From contig CM059432.1 of the NCBI GenBank assembly GCA_030390025.1, positions 100,814,001 through 100,878,000 of the forward strand: a stretch of DNA of 64,000 nt, in the 5' to 3' direction. The position numbers were made by a program, and so were the translations under genes. This DNA is from Squalus acanthias. Lineage: Eukaryota. Below the pieces are notes generated by a model. The model was not told where the DNA came from, searched no databases, and was given only the letters and a program-made list of their open reading frames with translations. Below are positions 1-12,140 of the stretch, piece after piece; the stretch's first letter is position 1; the number at the start of each line of letters is the position of its first letter.

Positions 1-385
1 CTTTTGAATTCCAACCCCCTTGAGATAAAGGCCAATGTTCCATTAGCTTTTTCGATTATTTTTTGTACCTGTGCATAGGTTTTTAGTGATTTCTGTATAT
101 GGACCCCTAAATCTCTTTCCTGATCCACAGCCCTCACTATTAAGAAAATATTCTGTTTGGTCTTTCTCAAATCCAAAGTGGATGATCTCACTCTTCCCCA
201 AACTGGATTCCATCTGCCATACATTTTCCCACTTGCTTAGTCTGTCTGTCTCTTTGTAACTTTCTGCTCACATCTTCAGAACTTACTGTGCCTCCTAACT
301 CTCTATTCCTTCATCCAAGTCATTAATATATATGGCAAAAAGCTGAGGCCCCAGTGCAGATCACTGGGGAACACCACTTGTCACA
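1..385 (-). mobile_element. Degenerate CR1 LINE ORF2 fragment
   Basis: Similar to the minus-strand CR1 copy at about 52250-52470; runs off the window edge. Confidence 0.75.
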
Positions 386-391
386 TTTTTA

Positions 392-682
<291 letters not shown>

Positions 683-789
683 TTAAAGTCACTCTATTTT
701 GAAAGAAACATGACGTGTTGTATATGCAAATATTCTGCAATATAGTCAGAGTTAACTAATCACTTACCGTGGAATCTCAGGGCCTATAA

Positions 790-900
790 TATAAAGGAAG
801 AAGGGGAAGAGGGAGTGGTGAGGAGAGAGGGAGAAGGAGGGGCAGGAGAGGGAAACGGAGGAGGGGAGGATAAGGAAGGGAAGAGGAGGAGGGGAGGAAG
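790..900. repeat. Polypurine/polypyrimidine low-complexity tract
   Basis: About 110 nt of almost only G and A on the plus strand. Confidence 0.9.
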
Positions 901-902
901 AA

Positions 903-1480
903 TAATAATAATTTGCATTTACATAGCACCTTTAATGTAAAGAATTATCCCATAACACTTCACAGAGATGTAAGGAAAAAATTGATACCAAGCCAAAGAA
1001 CCACATATTAGAAGGAGTGACCTAAAGCTTGGTCAAAGAGATGGGCTTTTCAGATGGTGTTATAGAAGAAGGAGGACTTGGAGAAGATATGGGGTCAGAA
1101 ACTCGGCTTGAACTTGAATAGGGTGCTGAGGTTGTGAACAGTCTGGTTCAGCCTGAGAGTGCTGGGAGGGGGATGGAATCGGGGTATGGCGTTTGTGGCG
1201 GGTGCTGAAATTAATAGCTTCAGCCTTCCCAATATTTGGCTGGAGCACATTGCAGCTCATCCAAGACTGGATGGCAGACAAGCAATCCTAAATTACAGAG
1301 GCACTGGAGGGGTCAAGAGGAAGAGAGGTAGAGCTGGTCATCAGTATACATGTAGAAACTAACTGATATTGCCAAGGGGCAGCAAGGGGGCCAAGGATGG
1401 ATCCTTGGGATGAATCCGAAGCTGATAGATTGGGGGTGATAAGGAAAGCCACTGGTTAAGATCTTCCGGCTCCAATCCAA
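903..1480 (-). mobile_element. Degenerate L2-clade LINE 3' fragment
   Basis: Tail atttgcatttacatagcacctttaa matches the L2 tail at about 12160; ORF remnant SAIQSWMSCNVLQPNIGKAEAI. Confidence 0.75.
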
Positions 1481-1494
1481 TAGATAGATCTACA

Positions 1495-2080
1495 TGTGCT
1501 TGAACCTTTATAAAACATTGGTTTGGCCTCAACTGGAGTACTGTGTCCAATTCTGGGCACCACATTGCAGGAAGGATGTGAGGGCCTTAGAGAGGGTGCA
1601 GAAAAGATTTACAAGAATGGTTCCAGGGATGAGGGACTTCAGTTACGTGGATAGACTGGAGAAGCTGGGGTTGTTCTCCTTACAGCAGAGAAGGTTGAGA
1701 GGAGTTTTGATAGAGATGTTCAAAATCATGAGGGGTCTGGACAGAGTAGATAGAGAGAAACTGTTCCCATTGGAGGAAGGGTCGAGAACCAGAGGACACA
1801 GATTTAAGGTGATTGGCAGAAGAACCAAAGGCGACATGAGGAAAAACTTTTTTACCCAGTGAGTAGTTAGGATCTGGAATGCACTGCCTGAAAGGGTGGT
1901 GGAGGCAGATTTAATCGTGGCTTTCAAAAGGGAATTGGATAAGTACCTGAAGGAAAATTTTTTGCAGGGCTACAGGGAAAGGGCGGGGGAGTGGGACCAG
2001 CTGAAGTGCTCTTGCAGAGAGCCAGCACGGGCTCGACGGGCCAAATGGCCTCCTTCTGTGCTGTGTAACCATTCTATGAT
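1495..2080 (+). mobile_element. 5'-truncated CR1 LINE
   Basis: LYKTLVWPQLEYCVQFWAPH...RLEKLGLFSL...RTRGH ORF2 C-terminus followed by a CR1 3' tail (attctatg). Confidence 0.93.
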
Positions 2081-2184
2081 TCATCATTGAGTCCATCAAT
2101 GCTAGCTTTCTTCTAAAAAAGTTAAAATTGAACATTTTTATTTAAATTAATTAATTCTGCGTTTGAAGACAATATAGCTGACAA

Positions 2185-2562
2185 GTGTCAGTTTAACTCA
2201 GTTCTAAGTCAGAAGCTTATAGGTTCAAGCCTCACTCCAAAATTTGAGCACATATTCTTAGTTGACACTCCAGTGCATTGTGGAGGTGCCATCTTTTGGT
2301 TAGGATCTAAAACTAAAGCCCCATCTGTCCTTTCCAGTTATTTAGGTTCAATGTTAAATATCCCTTGGCACTATTTGATGAAGAACAGAAGAATTCTCAT
2401 TGTGTACTCAACCAACACTATCTGGAACAGATTAACTGGTTATTCATCTCAAAGCTGTCAGTGGGATCTTGTTGTGTTTGCCTCCAACCATTGCATTTCA
2501 AAGTAACTCTTTTTATGTGAAGCAGTTTGAGAGATGATAATGTGCTACATAAATGCAAGTAT
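2185..2562 (+). mobile_element. tRNA-derived SINE, DeuSINE/SacSINE1-like
   Basis: B-box-like ggttcaagcc, Deu-like core gtgggatcttgttgtg and L2-type tail gctacataaatgcaagt; family name from recalled consensus. Confidence 0.65.
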
Positions 2563-2674
2563 TTATTTTCTATCACACTGATACTGGTGTCCTCCACAGA
2601 TTACTTCGCATACATGTGCAACATTCAGCAATTATGCATCGCTCACATTCTTATAATAAATGGATAAAAAATAT

Positions 2675-2850
2675 ATACGAATACTGGAAATCTGAATGCT
2701 GGAACGACACAGCAGTTCAGGCAGCTCTGAAAGGGAAAAGATGGTTTAACATTTCAGGTGAAACCCCTCAGAATGTTCTGATGAAGGGTTCCACCCAAAA
2801 CATTATTCTATTTCTTACTCAACTGATGCTCACTGACCTGCTTTCAATTA
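2675..2850. mobile_element. Degenerate Penelope-like pLTR relic with an inverted pair of decayed hammerhead motifs
   Basis: Similar to 50770-50905. Contains ctgatgaagggttccacccaaaacatt (GAAA changed to AAAA) next to an inverted degenerate copy. Confidence 0.6.
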
Positions 2851-3577
2851 ATAAAACAAAGCCAGTAATATACCATTATTGGCAGAATAATGCCTACTTA
2901 CCACAAATGTGAATAAAACTAGCCCCAATTGTAAATAAATTTGTCTGATATCAAAATATGTGGCAGATTATATTATACAACTGTTTTGCTTCAGACTAGT
3001 TGCCACCTTCTCCTATTTATGTTTACTGTACAAAATATCTACACATCATGATCATTGTTGCAAAGAACTGATCAGAATATGATTTCTGCTCTGACAGCAT
3101 CTATAACAAGACAAGCTACCTCACATTTACTTTAATCAAACAAAACAGAATGAGAGAGACATTAAAAAGGAAAGCCTTTGGCAACACTGTTGGTATTAAA
3201 CATAAGTCAACTTGACAAATGTCAGAGTTAATATAATTTTAGAGAATGCAATAATACCACTGACAACCTTTTAGTGATACTTTCCACCACAACCAACAGC
3301 CTCAAAAAGACAATGCACTTTGAATGTCAATTACTACTTAATGTCTTTTCTGCAAGAGTATCAGGGCTCACTTTAAAGTGCCACTTATTCTCCTGGTTGT
3401 GTGTAATCTCAAGTTACACAATAACCAACTGTCTACAGCTGTAATGGCGTAAAAATAAGCACAGTCACACTTATACAAACTGAAGTTTACAGGATGTAAC
3501 CCAAGGAAAACAGGTACACTATATTTCATTGGGATAGCATCAAACTGACTACTAATATCCACTTTTTTCTTAAGATT

Positions 3578-3745
3578 CTTAAGGGGAAGCCAGGTAAATA
3601 CATCAGGGAGAAAGGAATAGAAGGATATGTTGATAGGATTAGATGAAGTAAATAGAGTGAAAGGAGGCTTGTGTGGAGCATAAACACCGGCATAGACTGG
3701 TTGGGCCGAATGGCCTCTTTCTGTGTTGTAAATTCTATGTAATGT
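3578..3745 (+). mobile_element. CR1 3' tail fragment
   Basis: gggccgaatggcctctttctgtgttgtaaattctatg tail. Confidence 0.8.
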
Positions 3746-4078
3746 CAACTAAGCTGCCATTACTGATGCGCTCATCCCTTCATACCTAATGCTGGTGGAT
3801 ATGGAGAAACTCATATTGTATATGTATTCAATATGTACTGTTTTGTAAGTAGCTTCTCACATGGATAAAACTTTTTGAATAAGGCACATTTATCATAGCA
3901 CATTATTGCAAACTTGTGAGGACATTAACCGGTCATGCCAAATTTTAATTTTTCTGGTATTTCTACTGTCCATTGAATAATACAATTTCTAATCCAAGTT
4001 GCAATTTTAAGTGTTTACTGGTGAATAAATGTGGTGCCCTCAATCATCAAATACATCAGATTAGAAAGGTAAACATAC

Positions 4079-4405
4079 TACTGTATGTGATGTTAAATCC
4101 TCGTCCAGACATGGAGTGGTCAGCCTGAAATTCCAGACGTAGAATGTGACTATTGCTGGTGAGATGCGAAGGAACTTCTGATCCACTGAATGTTCCCAGC
4201 AGAGGCGAATCAACTGATTCCCCATCTTTAACCGCAAGGAAGTCAAACTGAGATTCCAGGTCAAAATCATTGAAAGAAAGGTGAATTCGACTTCCTCGGA
4301 CTGCAACTATTAGCCAGACACAGTTCATATTGTTGCTATAGCCATCAGGGTAGTCTGGTGACAGTACTGTTCCAACTGGTGCAGTGAAGTTAGACAAACA
4401 AGGAA
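4079..4405 (-). CDS. CSMD3: CSMD3 internal exon, CUB domain (327 nt, phase 1-1)
   Basis: Acceptor ttgcag|TTCCT and donor ACAGTA|gtatgt. Translates (F)PCLSNFTAPVGTVLSPDYPDGYSNNMNCVWLI...LRLEFQADHSMSGRGFNITYS and continues the upstream exon in frame. Confidence 0.96.
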
Positions 4406-5314
4406 CTGCAAACATAAGATCAAACATGTTACATTTTAGAAAAGTAGCAAATTTATGTTCCTATAAAATTGGAAGCATTCATTTGGAAGGAATCATCATC
4501 ATGTAAAGCACTTCCTATAATGGCACCACACTATTTTAATGAATCATTCTGTGTCAAGAGTAGAATAAAACTAGATATATTGCGTTTGGATAATGCTGCT
4601 AACTGACACAGTGACTATCAAGTTGTCTTTGCAAAGGCAACTGTCAAAACTATAACACAAACTCAGCTCACTGAAATACAACTGCAAGGTTAGCTTGGCT
4701 TGTTTTTCACATCTTCTTCCATAAGCTAGAAATAGCTAATAGCATATAAATGGGATAATGCTGTCCCACGCTGCTTTATTATTAAACTACCATATTGAGT
4801 TCATTACAAAATTGCCCATTTGGAAGCAGCAGAAACTGTCAAAAATAATCTAATCAATCTTAGGTTGCTGCCTCTTCTATGCCATGTAGTGTACATCTAA
4901 CTTTAAGGGTAGCTGCACTTGCAATCTGCAATTCGAACAGGTTATAAAGTTAATAGAGAATGATTTTCAGGTTTATATTTGGCAACTTATGTAGCCTTAT
5001 TCAGGCATGTGGAAATCATAATACAAGCTAAATTAAGCACTTGTCAAAACTTTATATTAACTATTAATAAATTGTGGATTTTAAGGAATTCCAGTAGCTT
5101 TTAATAGGCTGTATTTAATGACAAATAGAGCAAAGAACAATACTAAAAACAATCTATGTCCTTGGCTGCATTCAAAATGATTTTTATTCATAAACATAAT
5201 ACAATGAAATGAGCATTAAACAGCATAAGTCATAAACAACTGAAATGCTCTAAATTAGTTCTTCAAGAGCAGTAAATATAAAGTCAGCTAAGATAATGCC
5301 TCCAGTCATGAGCC

Positions 5315-5530
5315 ATGGATGAACTCAGTGGTACAGCAGGTTGGAACAATGCCCTTTCACAACTAGGACCTGGGACTGTATCCAGCTCAGGCATATGGCA
5401 GGAAAATTTACTCTCTCTGATGGCTATTAAGGGTTTTAAGTTAAATTAGTTTGGACGGCTTACGGCAATTCAGAGCGGGCATGATTCCACAGTACAAATC
5501 TGACTTCACAATTAAAGATTGGCACAAAAC
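5315..5530 (+). mobile_element. LF-SINE-like element (5' half)
   Basis: Collinear blocks ctcagtgg / gccctttcac / atccagctcagg / ctgatggct / tcacaatt..attggcac resemble the recalled LF-SINE consensus. Confidence 0.55.
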
Positions 5531-5942
5531 CATCCTTCTTACAGTATACCATTTAAAGTCTGACACATGTAAGCATTAGGGATAAGCATTTAGGTTAATG
5601 TGACTTTTGCAGTCTCAATTTAAATACAGAGAAATGCAAATCATTACAGCGATATGGGTTATGAAACAGTTTTAGTTGTACCCGGGAGCATCTGTAAAAA
5701 TTAGTCTTGTTTTTACTTGCACAAGGTGGAATTCTTAGCACAGTTAAAACTGCTCCAGTAAAATGGTTTCATCTGTAAATGCGCTAGGATAGAATCAGGT
5801 GGACACATCACTAGCATGAGGCTTGCCTTCTCGAGACAAAAACAGTTGGCATGACCATTAGCCTCAATGTCATATCCATCTTAACCTCCCATTAGATTAT
5901 CAGGGCCCACAGGCCTACATAGTACTTACAGTAGAAATAAAT

Positions 5943-6332
5943 GAGTACCCTAGTACAGTGGTTATGTTACTGGATTAGTAATCTAGAGACCTGGACTAAT
6001 AATCCAGGGAGTGTGAGTTCAAAACCCAACATGGCAGTTTGAGAATATGGTAGTTTAAAAAAATCTGGAAATAAAAAAATTGATATCAGTAAAAGTGATT
6101 ATGAAACTGTCAGATTATCATAAAAACCCAACTGGTTCACCAACATCCTTTCGGGAAGAAAAACTGCAATCCTTACCCGGTCTGGCCAATATGTGACTCC
6201 AATCTCACACCAATGTGGTTGACTCTTCACTGAAGTGGCCTAGCAAGCCACTCAGTTACCACCTTCTCAGGGCAACTAGGGATGGGCAAAAAATGCAAAA
6301 CCTTTCCAGCGACGCCCACATCCTGAGTATTA
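5943..6332 (+). mobile_element. tRNA-derived SINE (family A; further copies at 33514 and 63343)
   Basis: B-box gagttcaaaaccc and core aaacccaactggttcac...gggaagaaaa. Tail agggcaactagggatgggcaa...cccacatcc is shared with the LINE at 56477. Confidence 0.85.
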
Positions 6333-6493
6333 AGATTGGATGAACGCCATAATAAGACCGTTTAACTATCTCATTACTAGACTACTAGCTGGATCAGAAT
6401 ATTGGCAAGTAAAATCAAGGAAAACCCAAAGATGTTTTATAAATACATAAACAGCAAGAGGATAACAAAGGAAAGAGTAGGGCAATAGTGCAA

Positions 6494-7378
6494 TCACATC
6501 TTTACTGTAATGTGGTGACCAGAACTGTACGCAGTAGTTAGCTGTGGCCTAACTAGTGTTTTATACAGCTCAAGCATAACTTCCCTCTTCTTATATTCTA
6601 TGCCTCGACTAATAAAGGAAAGTATCCCGTATGCCTTCTTAACCACTTTATCTACCTGTCCTGTTACCTTCAGGGATCTGTGGACATGCACTCCAAGGTC
6701 TCTCTGTTCCTCTACACTTCTCAGTATCCTACCATTTATTGTGTATTCCCTTGCCTTGTTAGCCCTCCCCAAATGTATTACCTCACACTTCTCCGGATTG
6801 AATTCCTTTTGCCATTTTTCTGCCCACCTGACCAATCCATTGATATCTTCCTGCAGTCTACAGCTTTCTTCCTCACTATCAGCCACACGGCCAATTTTTG
6901 TATCATCTGCAAACTTCTTAATCATGCCCCCTACATTGAAATTAAAATCATTGATATATACCACAAAAAGGCTTCAAGTCACAAAAACATCCACTGACCA
7001 TAACCCTTTGCTTCCTGCCACTGAGCCAATTTTGTATCCGACTTGCCACTTTCCCTTGGATCCCATGGGCTTTTACTTTTCTGACCAGTCTGCCATGTGG
7101 GACCTAATCAAAAGCCTTGCTAAAATCCATGTAGACTACATCAAACACACTACCCTCATCGACCCTTCTTGATAACTCCTCAAAAAATTCAATCAAGTTA
7201 ATCAGATACAACCTTCCTTTAACAAATCCACGCTGACTTTCCTTGATTAATCCGTGTCTTTCTAAATGACGATTAATACTGTCCCTCAGAATTTTTTCCA
7301 ATAATTTGTCCACCACCGAGGTTAGTCTGACTGGCCTGTAATTACTCGGTCTATCCCTTTGCCCATTTTTAAACAATA
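6494..7378 (-). mobile_element. CR1 LINE RT fragment
   Basis: NYRPVRLTS, VYMDFSKAFD and KFADDTK motifs in ORFs 7104-7376 and 6494-6964. Confidence 0.93.
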
Positions 7379-7654
7379 GTTGGAGAGGCTACAATTACCT
7401 TTAGACTATGGAAGGATCAAAAAACATTTCTGCTCACAATCCCACAACTCCTGCTGGAGGTGCATGCGTCAACTTCAGCTGAGTAACAAATTGATCTTGA
7501 CTGTGATGGGCACCAAAACCAAAGACCCCACTTGGGAGTCATTGGCTTGGTTCACATCAGAAAAATTGTAATTTGGTGAGGTACATCAAGGCTTCCAGTG
7601 TACTTGAAACCAACTCCACCATAAATCATCACTTGCAAATGATAGACAAAAGGG

Positions 7655-8900
7655 GAAGTTGAAGGAGTGTAAAGACAAAGAACCGGTGGATGTACTGTAC
7701 TTGGATTTCCAGAAGGTGTTTGATAAAGTGCCACATCAAAGGTTATTGCGGAAAATAAAAGCTCATGGTGTAGGGGGTAACATATTGGCATGGATAGAAG
7801 ATTGGCTAGCTAACAGGAAACAGAGAGTAGGCATAAATGGGTCATTTTCTGATTGGCAAGATGTAATGAGTGGTGTGCCACAGGGATCAGTGCTGGGGCC
7901 TCAACTTTTTACAATGTATATAAATGACTTGGATGAAGGGACCGAGGGTATGGTTGCTAAATTTGCTGATGACACAAAGATAGGTAGGAAAGTAAATTGT
8001 GAAGAGGACATAAGGAGGCTACAAAGGGATATAGATAAGTTAAGTTGAGCGGGCAAAGATCTGGTAGATGGAGTATAATGTGGGAAAGTGTGAAGTTGTC
8101 CATTTTGGCAGGAAGAATAAAAAAGAAGCATATTATCTAAATGGTGAGAGGTTGCAGAGCTCTGAGATGCAGAGGGATCTGGGTGTCCTAGTGCATGAAT
8201 CACAAAATGTTACTATGCAGGTACAGCAAGTAATTAGGAAAGCTAATAGAATGTTATTGATTATTGCGAGGGGAATTGAATACAAAAGTAGGGAGGTTAT
8301 GCTTCAGTTATACAGGGCGTTGGTGAGACCACATCTGGAGTACTGTGTACAGTATTGGTCTCCTTATTTAAGGAAGGATGTAAATGCGTTGGAAGCAGTT
8401 CAGAGAAGGTTTACTAGACTAATACCTGGAATGGGCGGGTTGTCTTATGAGGAAAGGTTGGACAGGCTAGGCTTGTATCCGCTGGAGTTTAGAAGAATAA
8501 GAGGTGACTTGATTGAAACATATAAGATCCTGAGGGGTCTGGACAGGGTGGATGTGGAGAGGATGTTTCCTCTTGTGGGAGAATCTAGAACTAGGGGGTC
8601 ACTGTTTAAAAATAATGGTTCGCCCATTTAAGACAGAGATGAGGAGACATTTTTTCACACAGAGGGTCGTGAGTCTTTGGAACTCTCTTCCTCAGAGGGC
8701 GGTGGAAGCAGAGTCTTTGAATATTTTTAAGGCAGAGGTAGATAGATTCTTGGTAAGCAAGGGGGTGAAAAGTTATCGGGGGTAGGCGGGAATGTGGAGT
8801 AATCGGATTAGCCATGATCTTATTGAATGGCGGAGCAGGCTCGAAGGGCCGAGTGGCCTACTCCTGCTCCTAATTCGTATGTTCATAACTATGTTCGTAA
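7655..8900 (+). mobile_element. 5'-truncated CR1 LINE
   Basis: [31 protein letters not shown] and RPHLEYCVQYW motifs; CR1 tail ending in tatgttc repeats. Confidence 0.95.
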
Positions 8901-8956
8901 CTTATTTGAAATACATGTCGTGATTTTTTAAAATTCCACAGCTTAGATCACACTAA

Positions 8957-10740
8957 GGCCGCAATTTCCCCAACCTTGGCGGGTCCATTACGGCCGGGGT
9001 CAGTGGCAGGTTGCAACCCTGCTGCTGGCTCCAGCCCACTGTCCAAAAGTGATTTTACGTTGATTGGACTTGTTAAGCCCACCCAGCACGTTTGCAGGCC
9101 AATTGAAGGAAGCGGGTCTGATGACGTCACTTAATGACACGTCACCAGCCGGTTTCCTTAAAGGGACCATGCGCAAATTTATTTTGACAGTTGTACTGTC
9201 AGTGTTCTACAGCAGTGAGGTGCTGCAAACACTGACAAGCACTGCACAGAGGTGCACGATTGCACCCAGACTCTCCCATGACTCCCTCCATATGCTTATG
9301 GAGGAAGTCAGAGCACGCAGGGAGGTCCTCTTCCCTTCACATGGATGGAAGAGACCTCCCCAGGAGATCAACGCAGCCTGGTTGCACATTGCACAGAAGG
9401 ACACAAGCAGGGATGTCGTTAGGAGGGCCAGGCTGCAGTGGCGCAAACCTTTCAATGATCTCAGTAGATCACGAAACTGCAAAACCACACTCAACCTCAT
9501 CCTGTTGTGTCTCTCATCACATCCCCATCACTCTGTCTTCCCTACCCTACTCCTGCACATCGTTACTCACACCAACTTACCTTGCTCCTCCACCCATCCC
9601 TCTCTATCTACATTATCACTTCCCCATCTCATTAGCCACCCCTCAGACTCACCCTCATCCGAGTCCAATCATACCAACTACCAACACACAAGGGTAGGCA
9701 CTTGGGTGTTTTTGTCAATGTTCATGTGAAGTTTCTGTTAATGCGCTGTCAAACATTGAAATCTTTACTTTCAACACTTTGCGTTCCTGGACAGATTTGT
9801 GTTCACCTTTGGAAGTGGCTTAGTGAGTTGCAGTGAATGGTGATACACAATGGTACCCAGCACCCCCCCCCACCCCCGCAATGGCGATAAGCGTGAAAGG
9901 AATGGCTTGGGCATTGTAGGGATGCTTTATGGTGTTGGTGTGGGGTGGTGCCAACCTGGCGCATCATGTGGCAGCCAGGGTGTACAGTGTCAAGTGAAGT
10001 AAATCTGGCCATGGTGAGGCCATCCCTGGCCTCCCGGCCAGCAATGTGCTCAGGTGCTGATGCCCTGTGTCCTGTGCTGATGCCCTGTGCAGCATCAGTT
10101 GATTGCGGAGAAGGTTGGTGTTGTTGTTGGTGCTGCTGGTGTGCCTGGTGATGGGGCTGATCGTGGTGGGATTCTGAGGACCAAGGTGAGATAGTTTCAA
10201 GGGCACGGATGCTGAAGTAATAGATGGCAAGTGAAGTTGAGATGACAGAAGTGATGTCAATGGTAATTTCAGAGGTTGTTCCAATGAGGTGACACTGGAT
10301 GCAGAGTTTACTCCAACAGTTGCAACCTGCATAAAGCTCAATCTGTCTTCCAAATGCAGTAAGCAACAGCTTCTGACCTTGGAAAGTGAACAGCTGAGAT
10401 TGGAGCTTTTATACCACATTTGCAGCTGTCAAGTAAAGAGATAATTTCATGGTGACACAACTCCCGACCTACTTACCTGACGTGATCCCTGAGCAGCTTG
10501 GAACCTGTGGGCGACCTCGTAAAATTTAAAGGTGAGCACAAAACAGTTTTTAAGTGGCTGTTAACAAGCTCTTAATCATCTAAATTGCTTCCCCCCGCCG
10601 TTTGGTGTTGGGTCTGTTCAGCGATGACAGACACGACATCTGGGGAACTAGCGTGGCGGCGGGTTGACAGCGGGTTCCCTACCCACTGTCAAAAAAAATT
10701 TCCCACCTGACGCGCCGAAAAATCCCTCCTGCCCCCCCAA
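8957..10740 (+). mobile_element. Internally deleted PIF/Harbinger DNA transposon
   Basis: TAA followed by TIR-like ggccgcaatttcccc. Carries a Myb/SANT-like remnant on plus and an opposite-strand remnant ending GREARDGLTMARF, resembling Harbinger transposase C-termini. Right TIR not found. Confidence 0.75.
9235..9475 (+). pseudogene. Harbinger Myb/SANT-like (MSANTD-type) DNA-binding domain remnant
   Basis: APRLSHDSLHMLMEEVRARREVLFP...AAWLHIAQ...RRARLQWRKPFNDL fits the trihelix Myb/SANT-like pattern. Confidence 0.75.
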
Positions 10741-11019
10741 GTGTCCAAGAGGAGTGGTAGGCAATCTGCTTCCAGGCTGCTGCTAATGCTGCTCGACCAC
10801 CATCTGCCTAGCAATGTACAAGAACAACTAGAGCTCCTGATCCTCTAATTTTATTTCCTTCCCTATGGAAATAAGAATTGCCTCTGCTAAATGTCTTGCT
10901 CTATTTTGCTAGCTCCCACACACAGACCTGTGCTTTACTTCTTACCATTAGTTAACCAATAGAGTACACTATCACACCAACTCTGACTTTATTTATTGAT
11001 CTATTTTCTTTCTTCTTTC

Positions 11020-11345
11020 TCTCTTTTCTGTCAATTTTCTTCCTTTCTATCCTACAGCCATTGATTCTACTGGCCCTGTTTGCTCTCTGGTAGCTTTGCC
11101 AACTGGCCAGTATTCATGTGAGTCTAGAGCAAGGGTCAGGCTATTCAACTACAGAAGGCTTCAAAGCCAAGCCCTATTCTGTCCTCAGCCAGTGTCCGTA
11201 AATGTGCACTTCCAGCAGGATAGTGATCATTTGTAGTATCCTGAACAATTTACCCTTCCCTAAACCATGGACACTGAAACTAACTGTGCTGCTCAACATC
11301 GATGGGGGTAGAACCTGGGACCGTCATCTACTCACTGCTTATCTA
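11020..11345 (-). mobile_element. SINE-like repeat (family B; further copies near 33340, 39470 and 45540)
   Basis: Shared blocks catgtgag..ctag, ggctattc, cacttccagcag and gaacctgggacc (reverse B-box-like). Confidence 0.55.
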
Positions 11346-11621
11346 CTTTAGCCAGCGAGGGAGCCCCAAAACTTCCTTCTTTAAAGTCTGAATTTCATGT
11401 CTGGTTAAAATAGTGTCATTTTCTTCAGTAATACATGAATGTGAAGGTGTTGATGGACCTATCACTATCTTGAATCTAGCCAACTGAATCCAAAAGAAGT
11501 TCACTCTGGAAAACTGCAGATAAGCCAAAATTACTTTTGAGGGGAAAGCATTTTGGTTCATATTCCAACGGTTCATTTAAAAATAGTTGCAAGACATAAA
11601 CATTAAAAGTGTCATACTCAC

Positions 11622-11804
11622 AGATGCAAATTGGTACATTTGCTGACCACTGATTGTTGTCTTGACAAAGAAGGGATTTTTCTCCAATCAGTTCAAATCC
11701 GGATTGGCACTGAAATCTCAAAATGTTCCCATTGGAAAATCCATCTGTATCACGTATGCCATATAGTGGAGTCCCAGGGTCACCACAACTCTCCTCATCA
11801 ATTT
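11622..11804 (-). CDS. CSMD3: CSMD3 internal exon, Sushi/CCP domain (183 nt, phase 1-1)
   Basis: Acceptor gcacag|AAATTG and donor TGCATCT|gtgagt. Translates (E)IDEESCGDPGTPLYGIRDTDGFSNGNILRFQCQSGFELIGEKSLLCQDNNQWSANVPICI, close to recalled human CSMD3 (ESCGDPGTPLYGIR...NNQWSANIPICI). Confidence 0.95.
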
Positions 11805-12140
11805 CTGTGCGAATTAAATGGAAAAAGTACAGGAATTTTAGTAACTATGATTTCTAAATCCTTTCCTTTCCTTCCCACGTTTTCTTTTTGCAAATTTTGA
11901 GCATTATTTCATTTCAGATACTCGGGGGCGAATCTTAACTCCCGATCATAAGCCAGCTGGGTGAGCGAGCAGTCTACCAGGAAGCCGTAGCAGCAGATTA
12001 AAATTGTTCCCTTGAATTACATTTGCCCCTGCTATTTTGAGAGTTATTACACCCAAAGAATCCTGGTTGATTTTTCCACCTTGGAGCAGTTCAAGGATGT
12101 TGAGACCAATTGTCGTACAACTACTTATATTGGTTACCTC

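Noticed and set aside
6600..7172. Long antisense ORFs over CR1 copies (also 29584-30087 and 59247-59651)
   Set aside because: Shadow frames of LINE ORF2 with no independent evidence.
7590..7625. GGVGFKY peptide resembling the end of a CSMD CUB domain
   Set aside because: It lies between two exons that already join seamlessly and has no supporting splice sites or extended similarity.
9803..10419. His/Gln-rich ORFs as a novel host gene
   Set aside because: They lie inside a Harbinger relic and are better explained as deleted transposase remnants and low-complexity sequence.
11924..12011. Possible 88-bp mini-MITE
   Set aside because: TIR match is weak and there is no TSD.
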